Shown here one piece after another: positions 1 through 9,428 of a stretch of DNA of 64,000 bases (position 1 is its first letter; the number at the start of each line of letters is the position of its first letter). The notes under the pieces were generated by a model, which was not told where the DNA came from, made no database searches, and saw nothing but the letters and a program-made list of their open reading frames with translations. The DNA is from a virus. The stretch lies in IMG/VR virus record IMGVR_UViG_3300020442_000009, positions 32,001 through 96,000 of that record; one strand, written 5' to 3'. A program made the position numbers and the translations under genes.

Positions 1-241
1 TAGAACTGCTAATTCTATAATGATTGATATTAATTTTTGGAATAAACTCTATGATGTCTTTTGTTAGGCTTAAATTATGTTCTATTCTAATTCCTAGTTC
101 GCCCAATGCCTCATCATCTCCTCGCTCCTTTTTTAAAGAGGAAAAGTTTCGCTGAGTAATTCCCGAAAAAGACCAAGTGCCTTCTGGCTCTCTTTCTTTG
201 AGAAGTTCTGAGGTTCCTATTAATCCGTATGAGACATCCAT
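1..241 (-). CDS. uvsE: UV-damage endonuclease (UvsE/UvdE family), partial, runs off window start
   Basis: Not in ORF track. Manual translation from ATG 241: MDVSYGLIGTSELL...RIEHNLSLTKDIIEFIPKININHYRISSS, matching the UvsE N-terminal NL...YRxSS pattern; GTGTA motif 9 nt upstream. Confidence 0.7.
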   Translation of the reverse strand, partial: MDVSYGLIGTSELLKEREPEGTWSFSGITQRNFSSLKKERGDDEALGELGIRIEHNLSLTKDIIEFIPKININHYRISSS

Positions 242-254
242 GACATTAATTACA

Positions 255-512
255 CTAAATTTCTGGCAATTGCTCTTTCTCTACATTCTCAGTAGGCTTT
301 TTGTCTTCTGATTTATATATAACATAATCTGGGGCTCTATCATTATTCTTATGCCTGTTGGGAAAGACTATTACTTTTACTTTCTTTTTAATTCCAAGTT
401 CGTCAATTTCAATATTGCCTGTAAGATACTTTCCTTTTGGGCCATCTTTTGTCCAAAAAGCTCCCATCTCACGATTACTCCAATCTGACTTTTGTTTATT
501 ATCTTCTAACAT
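255..512 (-). CDS. DUF736-like small protein
   Basis: GAFWTKDG...YLTGNIE...FPN...NDRAPDYVIY pattern resembles DUF736-like phage proteins. Confidence 0.55.
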   Translation of the reverse strand: MLEDNKQKSDWSNREMGAFWTKDGPKGKYLTGNIEIDELGIKKKVKVIVFPNRHKNNDRAPDYVIYKSEDKKPTENVEKEQLPEI

Positions 513-528
513 GTGTATATAATTTTAT

Positions 529-849
529 ATGGTTGTGATTTATGATTGCCAGTTAACTGAGCCACCTAGCTCAATTCATTGCTTTAGGGATGTAACATTA
601 TTTGCTCAAGTATTTTTAAAAGCTGATAATTTAATTAAATGCCCAAAGGGTACAAGAACCGCTTATTGGGAGTGGATAAAAAATTATGGTGCTCACGACT
701 TTGTGAAATACTTAATTAAAGAGGAAGAGCAACAAGTCGGTGTGACAGTTGGCTCTACTAACTCTACAATTACAATTGATCATATTGATGAATTTAATTA
801 TGCAAATTTAATTAATTCTTTAAAAAATTATAATTACTCGGAGTTTTGA
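529..849 (+). CDS. hypothetical protein
   Basis: 106-aa ORF; GTGTA motif at 513-517. Confidence 0.7.
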   Translation: MVVIYDCQLTEPPSSIHCFRDVTLFAQVFLKADNLIKCPKGTRTAYWEWIKNYGAHDFVKYLIKEEEQQVGVTVGSTNSTITIDHIDEFNYANLINSLKNYNYSEF

Positions 850-1181
850 TTTTTGCTTTTAAATTTAGAGACAAGTCTACCATCTTCATATAAATCAGTA
901 GGTTCTCCGGTTGCTTGTGAATTTTGTCCTTGCTCCTCTTCATTCTCCGAATCATCTATTTGAGGATATAGATTCATAATAGTTTGCAAGATTGAATCAT
1001 ATTTATCTATAGCTTCAAGTTTACGCTTTACTTCTTCACCAATATCAGAATGCTCTCCCACTCCAACAGGCGTCTTAATATAGACTTGAAGATCGGCAAT
1101 GGCTATATTTCTAGAGCCAATGTATTCTTTAAAGATAGCATCAATATGCGGGGGAACACCTTGTTGTTGTTGATTTTGCAT
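834..1181 (-). CDS. conserved marine-phage hypothetical protein (VGVGEH motif)
   Basis: PVGVGEHSDI motif recalled from marine T4-like phage hypotheticals; start moved to ATG 1181, directly after the stop of the upstream small ORF. Confidence 0.65.
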   Translation of the reverse strand: MQNQQQQGVPPHIDAIFKEYIGSRNIAIADLQVYIKTPVGVGEHSDIGEEVKRKLEAIDKYDSILQTIMNLYPQIDDSENEEEQGQNSQATGEPTDLYEDGRLVSKFKSKNQNSE

Positions 1182-1182
1182 T

Positions 1183-1278
1183 TTACTTAGATTGATCTTT
1201 TGCATGTAAAACGGTAAACACTAAGAAAGGCATACCTAACAAGCAAATTAATTCATACATAACTAATATTAAGTCCAT
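1183..1278 (-). CDS. 31-aa single-pass membrane peptide
   Basis: Manual translation MDLILVMYELICLLGMPFLVFTVLHAKDQSK*; fills the gap between two co-oriented genes. Confidence 0.5.
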   Translation of the reverse strand: MDLILVMYELICLLGMPFLVFTVLHAKDQSK

Positions 1279-1296
1279 AATCTTTTTTTTCTATAA

Positions 1297-1836
1297 TTAA
1301 CGATATTTTTTTTGAAGCAGCCTCCAGCGATCAGAATCAATCTCTTTATTGCCACTATCTATAGCATACAACATTTCCATAATTTCGTCAAGCGAATTAT
1401 AAATATATTTATGAGGAAACATTCCTAACATCCAGAGAGGAGTTTTAGCTTTACCGCCTTCCATACTCACAAAAACAGGTTTTTTCTCTCTCACTGCAGT
1501 TACTATTTCCTCTGCGCTTCCCCAAGAGGCCACATCTGGTACAAGATGAGCAATAATAAAGTCTGATCTATCTACAAGATTAAGATCATAAGCTCTCACC
1601 ATTTTCATTCTTTCTGTTACCCTGTCATATTGTTTTGTTTTCATCCAAGTTTCCATTTCTTGACGAGAAGCTTCATCTTCTTCTACATCTTTCATAAATG
1701 GCTTTTTATAAGGGTCAAAACAAGTAATACCTAAAGGTTCTAGCTTTTCTGTAACTTCTTCACGCCAATTTCTGCCGCTTAGATATTGCATATGTCCGAC
1801 AAGATAAGTTTTAGTCTTATATAGTAAGTTACTCAT
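1297..1836 (-). CDS. nucleoside 2-deoxyribosyltransferase / dNMP N-glycosidase-like protein
   Basis: YLVGHM...WRE...FDPY...DLNLVDRSDFIIA...GSAEE pattern of the NDT/Rcl superfamily. Confidence 0.7.
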   Translation of the reverse strand: MSNLLYKTKTYLVGHMQYLSGRNWREEVTEKLEPLGITCFDPYKKPFMKDVEEDEASRQEMETWMKTKQYDRVTERMKMVRAYDLNLVDRSDFIIAHLVPDVASWGSAEEIVTAVREKKPVFVSMEGGKAKTPLWMLGMFPHKYIYNSLDEIMEMLYAIDSGNKEIDSDRWRLLQKKYR

Positions 1837-1842
1837 GATATA

Positions 1843-1871
1843 ATCATACCATGAAACTCGTCCACTGTCAA
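1843..1871 (-). promoter_or_regulatory. sigma-70-type promoter TTGACA-17-TATGAT, likely leaderless transcript
   Basis: -35 at 1866-1871, -10 at 1843-1848, 6 nt before ATG 1836. Confidence 0.8.
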
Positions 1872-1888
1872 CAAAAAACTTGTCGAAA
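1858..1888. repeat. bipartite motif TCGTCCACTGT-N11-TTGTCGAAA, copy 1 of 3
   Basis: Same motif and spacing at 12001-12031 and 12048-12078. Confidence 0.8.
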
Positions 1889-1909
1889 TTTTTTTTTGTT
1901 TATTGCGAT

Positions 1910-3175
1910 TTAGGCAATAATATCTAAAATAGGGGGCTTGCCATTAGAAATTTTAAATGGTCTACCACTTGGCGAGTATGTAATTTTTTCAACACTTAAC
2001 CCCATAGCATATGCTATAGTAGCATTAATTGATTCTATATCAACTCCATTTTCCTCAACATAGTGAGCTCCTTTGTCAGATTTACCATGAACATAACCAG
2101 CTTTTATTCCTCCGCCAGCAAATAGAGCACTAAATGCAGATGGGTGATGATCTCTACCAACTCTACCAGCTTTGATTTCTGGGCTTCTGCCAAATTCACT
2201 AGCAACAACAACCATTGTATCGGAAAGCAAGCCTCTGATATTTAAATCTTCTAATAAAGAACTTAATCCGGCATCTAAAACTGCTCCACGAGTTTCCATA
2301 TTGCCAAAAACATCATTATGCATATCCCAGCCCCCATAAGACACTTCAATAAATCTAACTTTATTCTCAACTAATCTCCTAGCAAGCAAGCAACCTTGGC
2401 CGAAATTATCTCTACCATACCTATCTCTAGTCTCTTCGCTTTCTTTAGTTAAATCAAAAGACTCTAGATCTTTACTTTTCATTAAACTAATTGCATTGTC
2501 ATATAAATCAGAATAAGCTCTAACTTTTTTTTGCGGAAAATCTTTGGAAAAATGTTTATTGAGTAAACGTGATGCATCTAAACGTTTATAAAACATGTTT
2601 TCATCGACATATCCAGATTTTTTAACATTTTGTATACCAGCATTTGGGTTTCCTAGCGGCAACGGGCCATGCTTGCTTTCAAAATAACCAGCTCCAATAA
2701 TTCCACTACCGCCATTAATTTTTATATTATCAGGTAATGTTTCATTTAAACTTCCGCTTAACTTACTAACCCAACTACCCATACTAGGATGGACAATTGT
2801 TCCTCTTTTTTGGTAACTTGTGTGAAGTAAATAATTAGCTTGATCGTGAGCTCCTTGATTACTATTAATTGAACGAACTAAAGATGCTAAATGCATTTGT
2901 TTTGCAGTTTTAGGTAACCAATGACCTAACTGAATGCCATCTGCAGAGGTGTCGATAGCTTCAGTTTCACCCATAATCTCTTTGTTTTCTGGTTTAGGGT
3001 CAAATGTATCTACATGAGTCATTCCGCCTGTCATATTCAGAAATATAACATGTCTAGCAGTAGGCACTCTCGTGGTCTTTGCTATAAGGTTTGGTCCATA
3101 AATTAAGGCATTAACGCCTAAATACGTTTTTGCAATTGTTTTTGCAAAATCTCTTCTTGATAGTTCTTCGTTCAT
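1910..3175 (-). CDS. DUF1501 family protein with Tat signal
   Basis: SRRDFAK twin-arginine leader; VIFLNMTGGMTHVDTFDPKP, FGQGCLLARRLVE, GWDMH, SEFGRSP, GRDHHP motifs. Confidence 0.92.
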   Translation of the reverse strand: MNEELSRRDFAKTIAKTYLGVNALIYGPNLIAKTTRVPTARHVIFLNMTGGMTHVDTFDPKPENKEIMGETEAIDTSADGIQLGHWLPKTAKQMHLASLVRSINSNQGAHDQANYLLHTSYQKRGTIVHPSMGSWVSKLSGSLNETLPDNIKINGGSGIIGAGYFESKHGPLPLGNPNAGIQNVKKSGYVDENMFYKRLDASRLLNKHFSKDFPQKKVRAYSDLYDNAISLMKSKDLESFDLTKESEETRDRYGRDNFGQGCLLARRLVENKVRFIEVSYGGWDMHNDVFGNMETRGAVLDAGLSSLLEDLNIRGLLSDTMVVVASEFGRSPEIKAGRVGRDHHPSAFSALFAGGGIKAGYVHGKSDKGAHYVEENGVDIESINATIAYAMGLSVEKITYSPSGRPFKISNGKPPILDIIA

Positions 3176-3180
3176 AGTAA

Positions 3181-5205
3181 TTATTTAATAAATATAAATT
3201 CGTGAGAATTAAGTAAGATCCAAGATATGTGCTTGAACCCATCCTTTTCATCTACAAAGTTTTTTAAAATTTTTAATTCATTGGCTTTGGGTTTTCTTCC
3301 AAGAATCGATAAGAATGCACTCGTTACTTGTTTTTCTTTGTTTTTTTCTGCTCCTATTAATTTTATAAAGTCTGCATCTTTTTTGTTTAAAATATTAGTT
3401 TCAACAAAACCATTTAAAAGATTTAATACTTGTGTGGTGTTTGGTTCTGAGTTGCTATTATCTATTTGTTCTTTATCGCTACCACCAAACTGCCTAATTA
3501 AGTGACCTCCGGGCGCTGGATGTTGCAGATAGCTGCTTCTTACTAAATTTCTATCTTTAATGGTTTTATTTTGATATTTAGAATTAATTATTCCAAGTAA
3601 ATTTCTATTTCCTTTGTTTTCTTCTGCTATTTTTTTAAAATCATCATATATTTCTTCCCCTGTCATATCTTTATATCTTTCATATATAGGAGTATAGTCT
3701 TGCATATTATGTAAGTAAACTCTTTCTTTGGTGTCAATATTATTATATACTAAAGTCACAAGAGAATCCCATAATTGCTCTCCTGTCATTCTCCTTAAGA
3801 TAGGACCTTCAAAATCATAACTTTCGAGAGTTTTGTAATCTTCTTTTTTGCTTTCTCTTTGAAATAGTTTTGTGTTTAATAAAATTCTTTGATATTCTCT
3901 TAAGTCATAATTCACACTAACCATTAATCTTTCTAAATATTTCATTAATTTAGTATTGCTGGCAATTGTGTCATCCATCATTGTATCTATGGGTTCAATA
4001 AGCCCCGCTCCAAAAATTTGCTTCCAAATTCTATTACTAATCATTGTTGTGAATCTAGGATTATCTTTGCTGACAATCCAATCTGCGAAAATTTTTCTAC
4101 TCTCACCTTCTGGGGACTCTGTTGGCTTTGGGGTAAAAATAGCTTTAGCAACAACTGTATCTCCGGGGTTGCCGTCATCTTCAGCAAAATCTCTAGGTAA
4201 TTTAATTGTGCCTGTGCCATTATTATCTATACCAAATTGTATAGAATCTCTGACTTGATTTCTCCAATTATTAAATAATCCAGCATTGGCGTCGCCATCT
4301 GCATTAATCGCTCTACTTAAGGCTCCTATGACTTTGCCACCCTCCTTTGTTCTTACGTTGCCAATTCCAGAAGTGAATGCTGTCATTTCATAAAATTGTT
4401 TTTGACTCCACTTGTCAAATGGGTGATTATGGCACATGGCACATTCTAATCTAGTGCCGAGAAAAATTCTAATAGTGTGAGATAAATTATCTTCTTGCAT
4501 ACCTCTGTCTCTTAGGTAATAGCTTATTGCCTCCCCGCCATCAAAAAGTTTTCCTGTACTTGAAACTAATTCTTTTACTATTGTATCATAATTTTTTTTG
4601 TCTGCAATTGCATCTCTTAACCACTGCCTGTAAGCAGATCCAACATTTATATTTGTTCCATTAACTCTATCTTTTACTCTCAGCATGTCAGTCCACCAGT
4701 TTAGTTGGTGGTTTACATAGCCATTTGAATGTAGAAGTTTTTGTACTAAATTATCTCTTTTATTACTATCCCTGTCATCAATAAAGCTATTGATTTCTTC
4801 TTGAGTGGGGATTCTTCCGACTGTGGTAAGATATAATCTTCTTACATAGGAATAGTCATCTAAAGGCTTAGTCTTTTGTAATTTTTTTGATCTTAAGTTT
4901 TGATCTATTAATTGATCTATATAAGAAACATATTGTTTTAGTGTGCGTTCATCTACGGGAGTTTTGACTGTAGGTATTGTGCTATACCTATTTTTAGAGA
5001 AATATAATTCTATTTGTTTTTGAGTATCTAGTGTCAATAAATCAATTTTAAACCTAAATTGTTGTAAATCTTGAGATCTAGCTATTCTAACATGGGTTTC
5101 ATTTGCCTCTAATATTTCAGCATCAAGAGATTTACCATCTTTAAAATAAAGAGTGGAGCCAAAACAAAAAGTAGTGGCAAAGAAGAGAAATATAATGTTT
5201 TTCAT
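3181..5205 (-). CDS. DUF1549/DUF1553 (PSCyt2/PSD1) protein with signal peptide, SHD1-like N-domain and one CxxCH
   Basis: YVRRLYLTTVGRIPT, FLGTRLECAMCHNHPFDKW, NRIWKQIFGAGLIEPID, ILLNSHEFIF motifs; ATG at 5205. Confidence 0.92.
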   Translation of the reverse strand: MKNIIFLFFATTFCFGSTLYFKDGKSLDAEILEANETHVRIARSQDLQQFRFKIDLLTLDTQKQIELYFSKNRYSTIPTVKTPVDERTLKQYVSYIDQLIDQNLRSKKLQKTKPLDDYSYVRRLYLTTVGRIPTQEEINSFIDDRDSNKRDNLVQKLLHSNGYVNHQLNWWTDMLRVKDRVNGTNINVGSAYRQWLRDAIADKKNYDTIVKELVSSTGKLFDGGEAISYYLRDRGMQEDNLSHTIRIFLGTRLECAMCHNHPFDKWSQKQFYEMTAFTSGIGNVRTKEGGKVIGALSRAINADGDANAGLFNNWRNQVRDSIQFGIDNNGTGTIKLPRDFAEDDGNPGDTVVAKAIFTPKPTESPEGESRKIFADWIVSKDNPRFTTMISNRIWKQIFGAGLIEPIDTMMDDTIASNTKLMKYLERLMVSVNYDLREYQRILLNTKLFQRESKKEDYKTLESYDFEGPILRRMTGEQLWDSLVTLVYNNIDTKERVYLHNMQDYTPIYERYKDMTGEEIYDDFKKIAEENKGNRNLLGIINSKYQNKTIKDRNLVRSSYLQHPAPGGHLIRQFGGSDKEQIDNSNSEPNTTQVLNLLNGFVETNILNKKDADFIKLIGAEKNKEKQVTSAFLSILGRKPKANELKILKNFVDEKDGFKHISWILLNSHEFIFIK

Positions 5206-5254
5206 CAAAAGCTAATAGTTTATTAATAATAAATTACACTATTTTTTAATAAAA

Positions 5255-5621
5255 TGGTGGAGGTGGCGGGACTTGAACCCGCGTCCTGATGGTCTTCAAG
5301 CAGACACATCTACAAGTTTAGTTAATTTTTTTTAAAGTTATGACATTAACATCCAACTACCTATTACAATTATTTACAGTTTATTAACAGGTAAACCTTT
5401 TCTGTTTTGCAGATTGATGACCCCTTATCTGTAATATCTGCGTCTTACAGTAAGAGGTAGCAGGACTAAGCTGCTAAAGCAAGCCCACGGCTCTTTTGGA
5501 AACCGAAAGCTTTAAGACGTGACTTATTGCCATGTACAAGTTTGCACTTTTTTATCGAAGCCAAGTGCGTCTCCGACTTGCAGTGTAAGAATCCAACCTC
5601 AGTCGAATCCAGTACACCCCC
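5255..5621 (-). ncRNA. ssrA: tmRNA (one-piece), predicted tag (A)GNKSRLKAFGFQKSRGLALAA
   Basis: 5' GGGGGTGTACTGGATTCGAC, 3' GCGGGTTCAAGTCCCGCCACCTCCACCA; acceptor stem with G3-U70; PK1 (TCGGAG/CTTCGA, GCACTT/AAGTGC); tag frame 5531-5466 ending GCA GCT TAG. Confidence 0.95.
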
Positions 5622-5645
5622 ATAAAATTTTAAAGAACTAAATAT

Positions 5646-5674
5646 ATATTACAGCAAAAAAAACAAAAAGTCAA
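5646..5674 (-). promoter_or_regulatory. sigma-70-type promoter for tmRNA (TTGACT-17-TAATAT)
   Basis: -35 at 5669-5674, -10 at 5646-5651. Confidence 0.55.
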
Positions 5675-5681
5675 GAAAAAA

Positions 5682-7013
5682 TTACAAGGGTACACCCCAA
5701 GCTAATATATTTGGCTTCTCTGGTATAAAACTTTTTCCTGAAATAAAAACTCCAGAATCTTCGTCATCTTCAGAGCCTAACTGAGCTGTAAATTTTAAAG
5801 TAACCTGTTTGTTGTCTCCTATTGATGATTGAAAATCTTCATTGGTTAGAGTTGCTTTTCTAATTTCAACTGTCATGTTTTGTTGTTTTTGTACAGCTAC
5901 ATTACAACAATCAACTAAACAGCGACAATCGTGCAGCACAATCCTTATATCAAAAGGATTTTTGCAATATTCAGTCGCAAACCCTCCCTTTTTAAGCTCT
6001 CCAACTATAGCGTCTACCTGAAGTTCTACATTAACTGGAAAGTTTACTGATCGAGTCCACTCTAAGTGGGTTCCAACTCTATGCATCCTTGTGTTGCCTA
6101 GGGGAATGTTTAAAGCAAAGCCTTGTATGCTGCCTGCGCCTCGATCATAACTACTTTGGCCCACTTCTCCATGAGTATCACTAAATCCGCTAACTTGTTC
6201 AGTAACCATAGAGCGATTTTGTAAATCAATTCGGATATCTCCGGGCCTTAAAGCAGTGGTTCCCGGCTTAACATAAATATCTTCCATTCCTGAAACTTGT
6301 TCATAAAGTATACCTTGCTCTGGGTCTGGCAAACTAAATCGCAAGTCTTCTGATCCTAGCTCGCTTAATATACAGTCTTTATTTGGATTAACACTTGGTA
6401 ACGGTAAATTGCATACTCCAGTGTTGTAGGAGCGAATATTAAAACCCTCAAAGGTTGCTCTAGCTCTAGGAAGTTTATCTACTTCGGCAACAAGTGCATA
6501 TTGAGATAAGAAAGCATTACCTATTCCTACAATCCTTTTTGTTTCAGGTTTTATACTTAAATCTGTACCAATTGCATCATGTCCATAGTCTGAGGTTAAT
6601 AGAAAAAAGTTTGCTCCAACCTTTCTATTATAGTCATATATATGGTTCCTTAAGGCTTGATGTGTCCCATCAACATGAAAACCCATTAATTTTTCATTAT
6701 AACCATCTGCAAGTAAGTACTCAAAGTCTAAAGTTATGTCTGGGGTAGTTAGCTGCATAAAGTCTAGCCTTGCTCCTTGGCCATATTGATCTACATTAGT
6801 CCAGTTAATTTTGTAATCAAAATTGACTGATTGTATTCTATGTAGTTGCCTTACTAGATTGCCAGAGCAGCCAGTGGGGGATTCATTTCTTAAGAGGCAA
6901 CCAGAAATGTCATGTGCTGTGTTATTGCCAAAATGGTAGCCTGTAGCATCTAAGCTTGTATATAAAGCTTCAGTTTGGTATATAACCCTAGGTCTGTCAT
7001 AATAATGAGTCAC
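5682..7013 (-). CDS. putative virion structural protein (tail-tube-like, apparent internal duplication)
   Basis: Beta-strand-rich; two similar halves (RIQSVNFDYKI...ITLDFEY...NAFLSQYAL vs SIQGFALNIPL...VELQVDA...KATLTNEDF); tail-tube assignment is inference. Confidence 0.45.
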   Translation of the reverse strand: MTHYYDRPRVIYQTEALYTSLDATGYHFGNNTAHDISGCLLRNESPTGCSGNLVRQLHRIQSVNFDYKINWTNVDQYGQGARLDFMQLTTPDITLDFEYLLADGYNEKLMGFHVDGTHQALRNHIYDYNRKVGANFFLLTSDYGHDAIGTDLSIKPETKRIVGIGNAFLSQYALVAEVDKLPRARATFEGFNIRSYNTGVCNLPLPSVNPNKDCILSELGSEDLRFSLPDPEQGILYEQVSGMEDIYVKPGTTALRPGDIRIDLQNRSMVTEQVSGFSDTHGEVGQSSYDRGAGSIQGFALNIPLGNTRMHRVGTHLEWTRSVNFPVNVELQVDAIVGELKKGGFATEYCKNPFDIRIVLHDCRCLVDCCNVAVQKQQNMTVEIRKATLTNEDFQSSIGDNKQVTLKFTAQLGSEDDEDSGVFISGKSFIPEKPNILAWGVPL

Positions 7014-9402
7014 ATACTATATTACAGTAAAATTCACCATCTTTAAAGTTTAAAGAAATTTTTTCCGGATTTTTTTCTAAATTAATTAATTTTTTTGCAA
7101 TGCAAGTTTCAATTTTATTTTGCATAATTCTTCTAACTGGTCTTGCTCCCATGTTGTCGGACAGTGTTTGCTTTAAAATTTCCTCTCTAGCTTTTTTAGA
7201 TAAAATACATTTAATATTTTTATTTTTTAATTTTAATTTTACCTTATTAAATTCTAAAGTTATAATAGATTTTATCTGTTCTTTATTTAAGTCATTAAAT
7301 ATTACAATGTCATCTAGTCTATTTATAAGTTCAGGACTAAAGACTTTTTTAGCTTCATCTAAAACTCTTGAGTTTTGATTTGAAGAAGATGGGTTAAAAC
7401 CAACTGAATCTGACTTATCTACAACAAAAGCTCCAACATTACTAGTTAATATAATGACTGAATGCTTGCATGATACTTCTTCTCCAGAATTATCCGTAAT
7501 TCTACCTTCTTCTAATATCTGCAGTAAAGACTGCATAACTGTTGGGTGAGCCTTCTCAATTTCATCAAAAAGTAAAACTGAGTACGGGTTACGTTTTAAT
7601 TTTTCAGTTAAACCTCCTCCTTCTTCATAACCTACATAACCGGGAGATGATCCAATTAATTTAGAGGTTGATACGGATTCTGAAAATTCACTCATGTCAA
7701 AATAAATTAAATTTTTAGATCCTCCAAAATAATTTTTAGCTAAAGATTTTGCAGTAAGAGTTTTCCCTAAGCCAGTTTTACCCAAGAATAAAAAACTTGC
7801 AGTTGGTCTATTTTCATCCTTTAATCCTATTTGATGTCTGCAAAGTGAATCATATATTTTTGATATTACATTCGATTGGCCGATTATTTCTTTAGACATT
7901 AGCAAGTTTATTTTTGAAAGTCTTGAAGAGTTGCTTTCATTTAAAACTTCAATAGGTATTGAAAATCTCTCCGAAATAATTTCTTTAATGTGAATAGGTA
8001 AAACGACTGGTGGGGATTTTAATGATTTTGAACCCCACACCCTCATTTGTTTTTGATATTTTGTAAAAACTGTTTTTTTTGTATCATCGTCAACTTCTGG
8101 ATCTACAATAATTTTCTCCAAAGCTTTTATGGAATTTGGTTTTTTGTAACCTTTTATTTTTAATCTAGCTCCAGCTTGATCAATCAAATCGATTGCTTTA
8201 TCAGGTAAAGCCCTATCCTTAATGTATCTGTTTGACAGGAAAATAGCCTCTTCTAGGGATGATTCGTCATACTTTACACTATGAAAACTACTATAACTTT
8301 CCGCTAAAGTATTTAAAATATTTAAACATTCTTTAGGGCTAGGCTCACTTACCCTGACGATTGCAAATCTTCTTTTGAGAGCAGAGTCTTTTTCTATACT
8401 TTTTTTGTATTCCTTATTTGTTGTTGCTCCTATGCAAGTAATTTCTCCTCTAGCAAGATAAGGTTTTAAAATATTAGCAGCATCTAAAGTACCTTCTGCA
8501 TTTCCAGCACCAATTAGAGTGTGAATTTCATCTATAAATAGAATTATATTTTTATCTTTTTTAATATATTCTATAAAAGATTTTAAACGTTCTTCAAATT
8601 GCCCACGGTATTTAGTTCCAGCAACCATGCTAAACAAATCAAGAGATATGACTTGTTTGTTAATTAAATAATCATTGCTGTCGAAATTGGATATTTTTTT
8701 TGCTAAATGCTCAACAAGGGCTGTTTTGCCAACCCCTGCTTCACCAACAAGCATGACGCTTGATTTTGTTTTTCTACATAGAGCTTCTGATATTTGAGAA
8801 TAATAGCCATCATGACAGGATATATAGTCATATTTTCCAGTCGAAGCAATTTCCGTTAAATTTGTGCTATAAGATTCTATGGATTTTGGATTAGATAAAG
8901 ATGTTGGGGCAGTAAGATCATTATTGTTTGTTGACGACATTGAACTTAAGTCTAAATCTAGATTATCGAAATCTATAATTTTTTCTAAATATTTTTTTAA
9001 ATCTTCAACATCTATATCTATAACCAAAAAGAACTCAGGCACTACTGAATTTTCTGCAACTATTAAACTGTATAATATATGCTCTACTGAAACAAAACTG
9101 TGAGATTTTTCGTTCGATAATTGTAAAGCAAAATCTAAGCAGTTTTTGTATTCTTTAGAAAATTTCATCTCGCTTGGTTCATTTATGGTTGGAGTTGTTC
9201 TAATTGTATCTTCAACTAAATCAACCAAGGCTTGCCAATCTATAGAGTACCTTGAAATAAGAAAAGGTAGGATTAATGAATCACTTTTTAATATTGCAAG
9301 AAATAAATGATCTAATCTAATTCTTGAATGAGAAAATTTTTCAGCTAACTTTTTTGAAGTAGCTATTATCTCTTGTGTTCTTGGAGTAAAATTTGGTATC
9401 AT
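6997..9402 (-). CDS. clpC: ClpA/ClpC-type Hsp100 AAA+ unfoldase
   Basis: Clp N-repeats, GEAGVGKT/FIDEIH, GKTGLGKT/LFDEIEKAH, SVGF ClpP-docking loop. Confidence 0.88.
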   Translation of the reverse strand: MIPNFTPRTQEIIATSKKLAEKFSHSRIRLDHLFLAILKSDSLILPFLISRYSIDWQALVDLVEDTIRTTPTINEPSEMKFSKEYKNCLDFALQLSNEKSHSFVSVEHILYSLIVAENSVVPEFFLVIDIDVEDLKKYLEKIIDFDNLDLDLSSMSSTNNNDLTAPTSLSNPKSIESYSTNLTEIASTGKYDYISCHDGYYSQISEALCRKTKSSVMLVGEAGVGKTALVEHLAKKISNFDSNDYLINKQVISLDLFSMVAGTKYRGQFEERLKSFIEYIKKDKNIILFIDEIHTLIGAGNAEGTLDAANILKPYLARGEITCIGATTNKEYKKSIEKDSALKRRFAIVRVSEPSPKECLNILNTLAESYSSFHSVKYDESSLEEAIFLSNRYIKDRALPDKAIDLIDQAGARLKIKGYKKPNSIKALEKIIVDPEVDDDTKKTVFTKYQKQMRVWGSKSLKSPPVVLPIHIKEIISERFSIPIEVLNESNSSRLSKINLLMSKEIIGQSNVISKIYDSLCRHQIGLKDENRPTASFLFLGKTGLGKTLTAKSLAKNYFGGSKNLIYFDMSEFSESVSTSKLIGSSPGYVGYEEGGGLTEKLKRNPYSVLLFDEIEKAHPTVMQSLLQILEEGRITDNSGEEVSCKHSVIILTSNVGAFVVDKSDSVGFNPSSSNQNSRVLDEAKKVFSPELINRLDDIVIFNDLNKEQIKSIITLEFNKVKLKLKNKNIKCILSKKAREEILKQTLSDNMGARPVRRIMQNKIETCIAKKLINLEKNPEKISLNFKDGEFYCNIVCDSLL

Positions 9403-9428
9403 ACAGGCTAGATATATAAAATTACACT

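Noticed and set aside
5255-5290. Stand-alone tRNA or att site
   Set aside because: It is the 3' tRNA-like domain of the tmRNA; I saw no duplicate of this end and no integrase in the window
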